Below the pieces are notes generated by a model, which did no database searches, had not been told where the DNA came from, and saw only the letters and a list, made by a program, of their open reading frames with translations. Shown here one piece after another: positions 28,494-36,100 of a stretch of DNA of 64,000 nt (positions are counted from its first letter, which is position 1; the number at the start of each line of letters is the position of its first letter). Source of the DNA: a virus (lineage: Duplodnaviria > Caudoviricetes); the IMG/VR virus record IMGVR_UViG_2882837327_000001, positions 21,907-85,906 of that record; one strand, written 5' to 3'. Position numbers and translations under genes: made by a program.

Positions 28494-29378
28494 TTACTCC
28501 TTCGCGTTGTTGGACGGGGAGGCGGTGCCGGGAAGGCTCGCCAGAAAGCGCTCGGTCCACTCGGCCGCCTCGTCGGGATCGAGGCCGAGCTGTTCGCCGT
28601 GCGAGCTGATGGCGCGGGCGTTCATGGCGAGACCGCCCTTGCGGATCTCGCGCGCCGCGCGGTTACGAAAATCGAAGTAGGAGGAGACGCCGCGATCGAG
28701 GCTCTGCTTGACCAGGGCCGCGCTACCGGAAAGGCTGGCTGCGTCGCTACCTGCGCCCGCCATGGTCAGCGCCTTGGTCAGATCCAGCCCGTCCACCCCC
28801 CAGCTCTTCGCGAGCACGCCGTAGGGCACCGTGCTGACGGTCGGCACCGACAGGTTCACGGGGGTCTTCGAGAGGCCGATGTTCACCCACCGCGTCCGCG
28901 TCACCACCGTGCGGCGGTTGCCTTGGGCGTCGATCTCGTTGGAGCGTTCCAGAACGGCGCCACCCACGCTCGGATACCAGCGCTGCGGCGGGTTGAGCCG
29001 AGTGAGGCTGTCCCAAACCAGGTTGGCGTTGATCGCGGTGGGGCCCGTGCCGGTGAAGAGCTCGCCCTTCACCATCACGCGGCTGCGCTCGGCCTTCACA
29101 TCCACCGGCCGGCCAATCTCGTAGAGGGCGTAGTCGGCGGGCCCGCGGCGCGGCCCGGTGACGGTCACATGGTCCAGGTCCAGGTTGCCGTATCGCAGAT
29201 AGTATTCAGCGCTGGCGGACAGGGCCCGGGCCAGGATCACCTCGCCCTGGTAGTCCACGCTCTCATTGCTGGCCTCGATATAAAGGTAGCGTCGGCCGCT
29301 CTCCTCGGCCGGGCGCGCCTTCAGCATCCCGCCAATCGACAGGAACTCGCAGGCCTCAGCGGCGGCAGCGTCGAACAT
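28494..29378 (-). CDS. Prohead protease
   Basis: Start MFDAAA with GAGGGGG SD; IEASNESVDYQGE, NLDLDH, YPSVGG, IGLSKTPVN. Confidence 0.88.
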   Translation of the reverse strand: MFDAAAAEACEFLSIGGMLKARPAEESGRRYLYIEASNESVDYQGEVILARALSASAEYYLRYGNLDLDHVTVTGPRRGPADYALYEIGRPVDVKAERSRVMVKGELFTGTGPTAINANLVWDSLTRLNPPQRWYPSVGGAVLERSNEIDAQGNRRTVVTRTRWVNIGLSKTPVNLSVPTVSTVPYGVLAKSWGVDGLDLTKALTMAGAGSDAASLSGSAALVKQSLDRGVSSYFDFRNRAAREIRKGGLAMNARAISSHGEQLGLDPDEAAEWTERFLASLPGTASPSNNAKE

Positions 29379-29389
29379 GAACCCCCTCG

Positions 29390-29445
29390 AAAACGACAAA
29401 GCCGCCCGCCCCGCGCCGGGGGATCCGGGCGGGTGGGGCGGCTCA
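29390..29445 (-). terminator. Terminator-like hairpin within the protease 5' leader
   Basis: AGCCGCCC...GGGCGGCT outer stem with inner CCCGC/CCGG stems, followed by TTTGTCGTTTT. Confidence 0.5.
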
Positions 29446-29484
29446 TGGAAAAGCCCTTGACTGGCGCCTGGCGGGCGCCGCGAT

Positions 29485-29508
29485 GCGATTAGCCTGCCGT
29501 CACGACGC
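29485..29508 (-). promoter_or_regulatory. Late-promoter motif copy 6 (29499-29506), leadered; supplies the stop codon of the Acb1-like gene
   Basis: GCGTCGTGAC GGC A GGC T AATCGC. Confidence 0.8.
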
Positions 29509-30012
29509 GCGGGGGGCGAACACCAGAAGCCGTGGCGGCAGGGCCAGCGGCGTCTCGACGTGCTCCTTGTTCGCGCTCTCCCGGACCTCCTGGAAGCGTT
29601 CAGGTCCTAGGATCAGCGGGCCGGCGTAGGGCTGCATCTGCTCGGGCGGCGTCGGCCAGCCACCAGGTGGCGCGCGATAGCTGACGGTCACATGCGGGTG
29701 GTAGCTGTCGTGATCCCAGCTCGCCCCAGCCTGCCGGAAGCGGCGCCAGCGCTGTTCGAGCGCCGAGGAGTGGAAGCGCAGCACCACAGCCTTGCCCAAC
29801 TCCATCACCTTGGTGCTGCGGTCGGGCGGGAGCTGCAACGCGAGCTGGTCGGTGGCGGGAGGCACCTTGTGCCAGTCCACCGCCTCCTTGGAGAAGGCGA
29901 CGGTGACGTGCATGTCGTCTGCCGGCAGCGCAGTGCTGAAGCCGGCCACGCGCGCCCAGGCGCGTATCGCGGCGGCATTTAGCACCGGGCGGCAGACATA
30001 CAGGCTGCGCAT
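29500..30012 (-). CDS. 2H phosphoesterase, Acb1/T4 57B-like (candidate anti-CBASS nuclease)
   Basis: Two HxT motifs (MHVTVAFS, PHVTVSY); GASWDHDSYHPHVT and LGPERF match the recalled Acb1-family pattern. Confidence 0.8.
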   Translation of the reverse strand: MRSLYVCRPVLNAAAIRAWARVAGFSTALPADDMHVTVAFSKEAVDWHKVPPATDQLALQLPPDRSTKVMELGKAVVLRFHSSALEQRWRRFRQAGASWDHDSYHPHVTVSYRAPPGGWPTPPEQMQPYAGPLILGPERFQEVRESANKEHVETPLALPPRLLVFAPRAS

Positions 30013-30497
30013 CAGGCTGCCGCGATGCCGCCGGCGATCGCGGCGCCGAAGACGCATTCAGCGCTCTCGACGGGGTATCGGTCGGTGATCTGCCAGCAGA
30101 TGGCGTAGATCACGCCACAGGTGCCGCCGACCAGCAGCAGCCAGGTGCCGTCGCCCGTGCCAGTCAGCACGAACAGCAGCGCCGCCGGGCCCGTCCAGAT
30201 GAAGCCCCGGAGCGTGTGCCAGGCGATATCACCCCAAAGGGTGCCGTGCTGCCGGCCCATGTCCAGGGATCCCCACCAGGGGGCGAGGGCGCCGACATAG
30301 AGGGCGAGCGCGAGCTGAGGCGCGAAGATCAGGGGGATGCCGGCGAGCGGCACAGCCGCGAAGGCAACGCTCGTGGCCCACATGATGCGGGCGGTGGTGG
30401 CGCCGCGGCCGGCCAGCCGCTCGAATGTCTGGGATCCGCGGAGGCGGAAGGTCGCGGCGCCGAGCGCGAGGAGGATCAGGATGAAAAGGAATTGCAT
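30012..30497 (-). CDS. Multi-pass membrane protein
   Basis: 161 aa from MQFLFIL; four to five hydrophobic segments; ATGA overlap with the Acb1-like gene. Confidence 0.75.
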   Translation of the reverse strand: MQFLFILILLALGAATFRLRGSQTFERLAGRGATTARIMWATSVAFAAVPLAGIPLIFAPQLALALYVGALAPWWGSLDMGRQHGTLWGDIAWHTLRGFIWTGPAALLFVLTGTGDGTWLLLVGGTCGVIYAICWQITDRYPVESAECVFGAAIAGGIAAA

Positions 30498-30516
30498 GGG
30501 AAGCTCCGGGGTGGAG

Positions 30517-30540
30517 CCTCCCATGCTGTTGTCACGACGC
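30517..30540 (-). promoter_or_regulatory. Late-promoter motif copy 7 (30531-30538), leadered, with a 14-bp hairpin at 30494-30526
   Basis: GCGTCGTGAC AAC A GCA T; GCATGGGAGGCTCC pairs with GGAGCTTCCCATGC. Confidence 0.8.
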
Positions 30541-30542
30541 CG

Positions 30543-31829
30543 TTAAACGGGGTCGGTCGCGCCCTTGGCGGCCCAGATACCCTGGTGGACGATCATGTTC
30601 GCGGCGCTCGCCCAGCGCGGATTGGTCGCACCATAGTCCCAGTTGTTCGCATGCATATTGACGAACGCCCAGTGGGCGTTGGGGCTGTTGTTCTCGAAGG
30701 CATACCAGGTGCCGCCCCAGCCCAGGCAGTTCATGCCCATGCGATCGCCGGAGAGGGTCTGGATGTCCACGCGATGGCCGCTGCCGCCGAAGCCGACCCA
30801 GCCGACCGGGCACATCTCGCCATGCAGGTGGTTGATGACGAAGTAGCAGCTCGAACCCTCGGCGAGGTGGATCGGGTAGCCCCAGGTGAAGCGAGCGCCG
30901 ACTTCCTCGCCGACTTCACGGATCGGCTTCTCCGCCTGGTGCTTCATCTCGTGGATGTTCACCGTCGCGTTGGTCTGCGTGCAGTGGATGCCCAGCATGC
31001 TCAGGTCCGAGAAGAAGTGCTTGATCGTGAGATCGCGCACCGGGGCGGACCCACCGGCGGCCAGGACCACGCCGATCTGATAGCCGAAGGTGAACAGGCT
31101 CTCGATGACCAGGCCATCGGCGCGATACAGCACGATGCCGCGGCCGCTCTGCTGACGGTACTTCTTCGTGTCGTAGGTCGGCGTGCCCGGGCCGGGGCGC
31201 GTGGCATCCGCCTCGCTCTTGTCGTAGCCGTAGTTGAACGGCCAGAAGTGGATGCGACCCATGTGGATCACGTCCATCGCTTCCTCGACCTGGATGCCGG
31301 TCAGCATCGGATCGCCGAAGATGGCGTCCAGGTGCGAACGGCCGGCCTTGTAGAGGCGGATGCCCTGGGCCAGGCGATGCAGGCCCACGTTGAAGACGGT
31401 GATCATGCCGTTCAGCGGGCTGACCGTATCGGTGTCGATGGCGAATGCCATCATGCCGCTGGTCGGCACATTGCCCATGGACTCATCGCCGATCTGGCCG
31501 TCGATGATGAGATCGGTCACGCCGCCGCCGCGGGCATTCTCGGTGCTGAACAGGAACACCGGCTGCGCGCCGTTATAGAGGATGCGCGTGCCGCCCGGGG
31601 CGCCCACCCATTCCCGGCGGCCAGCGCCCTGGAACGTCACCGGCTTGGTCACGGTGATCGTGGTGTTCATGAAGTGCTCGCCGGCGGGCAGGATCACGCG
31701 GCCGCCGCTGGCGGGAAGGGCGGCGACAGCCAGCGCTACAGCGCCGGAGATATCGGTGTAATCGACGCCAGGGTGAGCAACGGTGACGGTGGGCAGCTTG
31801 ATTGCGGTATCGGGCACGAAGGGCTCCAT
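30543..31829 (-). CDS. Right-handed beta-helix (pectate-lyase-like) protein, possible depolymerase
   Basis: AVALAVAAL...GGRVILPAGEHFMNTTITVTKPVTFQGAG; repeated beta-strand periodicity. Confidence 0.8.
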   Translation of the reverse strand: MEPFVPDTAIKLPTVTVAHPGVDYTDISGAVALAVAALPASGGRVILPAGEHFMNTTITVTKPVTFQGAGRREWVGAPGGTRILYNGAQPVFLFSTENARGGGVTDLIIDGQIGDESMGNVPTSGMMAFAIDTDTVSPLNGMITVFNVGLHRLAQGIRLYKAGRSHLDAIFGDPMLTGIQVEEAMDVIHMGRIHFWPFNYGYDKSEADATRPGPGTPTYDTKKYRQQSGRGIVLYRADGLVIESLFTFGYQIGVVLAAGGSAPVRDLTIKHFFSDLSMLGIHCTQTNATVNIHEMKHQAEKPIREVGEEVGARFTWGYPIHLAEGSSCYFVINHLHGEMCPVGWVGFGGSGHRVDIQTLSGDRMGMNCLGWGGTWYAFENNSPNAHWAFVNMHANNWDYGATNPRWASAANMIVHQGIWAAKGATDPV

Positions 31830-31839
31830 GGTTGGTGGA

Positions 31840-31863
31840 GCCCCTAAACTTTCGTCACGACGC
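31840..31863 (-). promoter_or_regulatory. Late-promoter motif copy 8 (31854-31861), with hairpin at 31821-31843; supplies the stop of the upstream gene
   Basis: GCGTCGTGAC GAA A GTT T; GGGCTCCA pairs with TGGAGCCC. Confidence 0.8.
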
Positions 31864-32250
31864 GCTCGGGGGAGGAGGGGGGCGGCCGTAGAAGGCCTCA
31901 TTTCGAGCTCGCCGCTCCGCCATGTCGTCCAGCATCCGGCGGTTCTTAGCGTCGTATTCGCGCCGGGCCTGCTCCTCGCTGGCGCGCAGCATTTCGGTCA
32001 CGCGCTCGATCACCTTGCGGAGCTGGACGCGGGCGATGAAAGGAACCTCCCAACGCCGGTGATGCGGGTTCCACCGGGCGCCCTCGATCGCGTTGATGAG
32101 GCGGGCGGTCTCGGCGGTGTGGTGCAGGGTGATGAGGTGCATGCGGTCTTCGCGCCGGCGGCGCACCTTCACCTCGTCAGTAGACATGGGCTGGCCGCTG
32201 GCCAGATCGGCCTCCGCGCGGGCCAGGGTCTGGGACATGAGCTTACTCAT
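31855..32250 (-). CDS. Hypothetical protein with HARP-like motif
   Basis: LINAIEGARWNPHHRRWEVP. Confidence 0.65.
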   Translation of the reverse strand: MSKLMSQTLARAEADLASGQPMSTDEVKVRRRREDRMHLITLHHTAETARLINAIEGARWNPHHRRWEVPFIARVQLRKVIERVTEMLRASEEQARREYDAKNRRMLDDMAERRARNEAFYGRPPPPPSAS

Positions 32251-32488
32251 GGGCGCTGCCTTCCGCCGGTGATGCTGCCCGCGCTCGTGGGGCGTTCCCT
32301 TTGAAGACCAGGAGGAGGCGCGCGCTGAGCGCCTTGGCCAGTTCCCCCTCGACCGGCACGTCGCCCTTGCACTTCGGGCAGATCATGGACACGCCCTCTG
32401 CCTTCAGCAGGATGCCCCGGCTACGGATCAGCGGCTCGCCGGTGGCGGAGATCTGGCCGAGGTTCGCAGCGCAATGCCGGCACTTCAT
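32243..32488 (-). CDS. Small Zn-finger protein (CRHC...CPKC)
   Basis: 81 aa with two CxxC pairs. Confidence 0.7.
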   Translation of the reverse strand: MKCRHCAANLGQISATGEPLIRSRGILLKAEGVSMICPKCKGDVPVEGELAKALSARLLLVFKGNAPRARAASPAEGSAHE

Positions 32489-32775
32489 GGCGAGGCCTCG
32501 TCGGCGCTGCCGAGGAGGGTGTTCGCGCGGTCGATCACATTGAGGAGGCGGGCGCGCTCGCTGGTCAGGGCCAGATAGGCGTCGCCGGCGCCGTCATGGA
32601 GGATGGCGCGCGGGCGAGCCTTGGCCAGATCTTCATCGACCACGGCCAGGCGCTTCATGGCCGCATCGCGGATCTTCCGTTCGGCTTCGTCGGTGCTGCT
32701 GTCCAGCGCGGCCAGGTGGCCCAGGCGCCGGCGTGCGGCGGCCATGTGCTGGTCAGGGGATGGGGCGCGTTCCAT
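32485..32775 (-). CDS. Small helical protein
   Basis: 96 aa; ATG exactly 14 nt from a late motif. Confidence 0.75.
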   Translation of the reverse strand: MERAPSPDQHMAAARRRLGHLAALDSSTDEAERKIRDAAMKRLAVVDEDLAKARPRAILHDGAGDAYLALTSERARLLNVIDRANTLLGSADEASP

Positions 32776-32799
32776 CCCTATGTTGTGCTGTCACGACGC
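32776..32799 (-). promoter_or_regulatory. Late-promoter motif copy 9 (32790-32797; ATG 32775 at 14 nt)
   Basis: GCGTCGTGAC AGCACAACATAGGG ATG. Confidence 0.75.
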
Positions 32800-32839
32800 G
32801 CCCTCGGCTCATCCGCCGGGGCGCGCCGGCCGGCGTGGG

Positions 32840-32992
32840 CTACCCGATCAACTTCTGCGGGATAAAGATGGTAGCCCCTTCATCGGAAGTGCTCACCTTA
32901 ACGCCCTCGTTGAGGGCGCCGGGCTGGCTAACAATGTGAATCCAGTATTTCATCCACTCATTCGGGGGTGCATTTTCAGCGGGTTTTTGCAT
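32840..32992 (-). CDS. 50-aa small ORF below the ORF-track cutoff
   Basis: GGAG-6nt-ATG; MQKPAENAPPNEWMKYWIHIVSQPGALNEGVKVSTSDEGATIFIPQKLIG; AT-richer than flanks. Confidence 0.55.
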   Translation of the reverse strand: MQKPAENAPPNEWMKYWIHIVSQPGALNEGVKVSTSDEGATIFIPQKLIG

Positions 32993-33101
32993 AACAAACT
33001 CCAGACCTCGGAATTGAGGTCAAAGTCGCCATAGAGATTATCCTGGCGGAGTTCCATTTTCTTTTGCCGGAAAGAGATCGGCCCCAGAAGGGTGCGTTCG
33101 G

Positions 33102-36100
33102 TCAGAAGAGCGCACCTTGCCCCACATCCGCCGGTTCGGCATGAGCCCGCCTGCCCTCCTCCGGTGGCCTGACGCCTTCACCCCGCACTGGATGCCGCGA
33201 CGCCTCAGGAAGGTCAGGGTCTCGGCCAGCCCTGATCCGATGCAGCATCCCCGCCAGGCCCGTGTCGTCCAGCCCGTCCAGGGGCGAGGTAACGATGCTG
33301 CGGAGCTCGTATTTCCGTGCCAGGCGGTCACGGTTCCTCCGCTCGGCCGGGTGATTGGCCACCAGGTCCAGCAGCTCCACATCCTCGGTCTGGCCAACGC
33401 GGTCGATGCGGCCATTGCGCTGGGCGTGCACCATGGCGGTCTGTGGCGTGTCGAACTGCGCCAGCCATTTGCCCTTCTGCAGGTTGGCCCCCACCGCACC
33501 AGCATCCGAAACAACCAGCACGTCATGGTCGCCGCGCTGGAAGGCGCGCTTGATGCCGTCCTTCTCTTTGGAGGAATTGCCGCCGGTCATCGTGCTGACG
33601 CGCAGGCCCTGCCCTTTTAGCCGCTCGCTGAGATCCTGCACCCGGTCCAGGTGATGGCAGAACACAATGCCCGGCTTTCCCTTCCTGGCCGTCGCCTGCT
33701 GCACCAGGGCGTCCATCTTGCCCCGCCCGTCGATGGCGTGGCGAATGGCACTGTCACGCACCACGCCGATGGCGTTCTGCAGCCGCCGCGCCACCTCGCC
33801 GTGCTGATCGGCCGGAACGCCGGCAAAGCTGTTGGGGGAGAGCACCTTCATGGCGGCGATGTCGGTGCGGCCCTCCATCCGGGCGATCCGCGCGGCGCCG
33901 GCGGCGCGGTTCACTGCCTCGATCCGGGCGTGATCGTCGGCGTGCAGCTCCACCGGCACTTCCTTCTTGTGGGCGGCCACGCCGGAGGAGATGGAGCTGG
34001 TGTAGTAGTGGCGCGCCATCTCGCGGCGCAGCCCGTCCTTCGCGGATTCCGTGTCCACGCCATACCGCCGCATGAAGGCGTCCCGGTCGCTGTAGCGCTC
34101 GGGATCCATCTTCGCGAGGGTGTCGAACACCTCGCTGGCATCGTTCTTTACCGGGTCGGCGGTCATGTTCACATAGGTGCCCATGCCATGCGCCACGCCG
34201 TCGATGACGTGCGCCATGCCGCTGTCTTCCTTGCCACGGCGGTTCAGCAGGTTGTGGCCCTCATCCACGGCCAGATAGTCGTGGTCGATGCCCTCCTTGT
34301 GCAGCACCTCCTTGATGAAGCTGGCGCGCTCCATCGGTTTCATGCCGGCCAGCCGGGCCTTGATGGCATCGGGCGTGGTGCCGTGCTGCTGGGATGCCAA
34401 GTGCAGCACGTCATCCCGAAAGGCCTGGTGCGTGACCACGTTGAAGTGCTTGCTCGGATCCTTCAGAGCGGCGATCCGCTCCTCGCGCGACGCGCCCGGG
34501 TTGGCGTGCCAGTCGTATTTGCCGGGCTCCAGCATGGCCAGAGCTTCGCCGTGGAACTGCCCCTGCACCACGCTCGGCACCACCATAAGGCCACGCTTCG
34601 CCTTGCCCTGGTCGTGCAGGTGGGTGAAGGCGGCCAGGCTGATGCTCGTCTTCCCGCTGCCAACGCCCATGCCCAGCATAGTCCGGCGATTGCGGGCGAT
34701 CAGCTTCACCGCGCGCTGTCGCGCCACGAACTTGCCGTCCATCGTCGGTGCGAAGATCCCGACCGGCTGGCCGGGCTTGAAGTTGCCGCCGATTCGGCGG
34801 GCCATGCCGGCCAGGGTTCGCTCGGCCGCGTGGCCGATGGTGTGGCGCTCGCCCGTCCCCATGGGGGCGGTATTCTCCGGCAGAGCATCGTCGGTGGTGG
34901 CCGCCGCGGGCTCGTCGCCGAACAGGCCCATCTGGCTTTGCGCCGCTGCCTCCTCCGCCTCTCGCGCGGCCGCCATCTTGTCGCTGACCGAGCCGGAGGC
35001 GTAGCGGCCGGCGGTGCGTTCCCGCAGCCGGTCCACCAGGCCGCGGTGCTCGGCCAGGCGGCGCTCGCGTGCATCGGGATCCAGCGCGTCCAGATGGTTC
35101 AGGTCGCCGGCGATGTTGGTCCGGCCCATGCGCAAGGGCGCGTCCGGGCGGAGCTGGTTGTGGATCTGGCCAAACTCGCCGACCACCCTGCCCTTCACCA
35201 CGTCCTGCATGGCCAGATAGGCGGCCTGCGGGCTGCCCATGTGCTCGACATACCGAGGCCAGTTCATCTCGGCCGAGCTAGCAGCGGTGGCGGCCGCGTC
35301 GTGGTCGCGCTTCCAGTCGCCCCACAGCGGGTTCTCCTGGCGCCCGAACATGCCATCCGTCTCACGCTCCGGCTCCTCGGCCTTCAGCTTTTCCAGCGCC
35401 GTCCGCTTGTCCGCGGCCTGCGGATCGCTCGCGCCGAAGTCGCGGACGAACAGGGCGCGCAGCCCCGCCTGGTCCTGCGGTGTCAGCTCGCCCACCGGCT
35501 TGAAGGCGGCCGCGCCCTCCGGGATCTTCGCGAGGGCGCGGTGAAGCGCCTCCACGCTGGTGCTGTCCTCGGCGAGGGGCTGCTTGGCGATGGTGGTGCG
35601 CCGCCCGCCATGGTTGCGATCGGTGAAAGCATCGGCCAGCCGGTCGAAGGCGCCGGCGTGGGCCTCCGCGCGGATCATCTTGCCGTCCGCCCCGTAGAGC
35701 GGCGCCACTTCGTTGACGGCGGCCATGAAGGCGCTGCGGTCGCCGGCGCGCTGGATCAGATCCTCGGACAGCAGCCCGGCCATGATATCCGCCGGGCTGT
35801 CGCCGTCCGCCGCGCGGCCGCCGATGTAGTCTCGGACGGCCTGGCCCACATCCGCCGGTGCGGTAGGGAAGGCCTTGGCCAGTCGCGGCGCGGCGCCGGC
35901 CGGCAGGTCGCTGCCGAAATCCGGGCGACGCGCCACGCCGGCAGGCAGCCAGCCGGCCTCGTCTTCATGGCCCTGCATGATGGACAGGGCGCCGTTCACC
36001 CGGTCCAGGTCAGCGGGGTCGATGGGTGCGGTCAGCTTGCCGATGGCGTCGCCGTGGATCACCAGCAGCGTGCTGCGGCCCGCGCGCTCCATGGTGTAGT

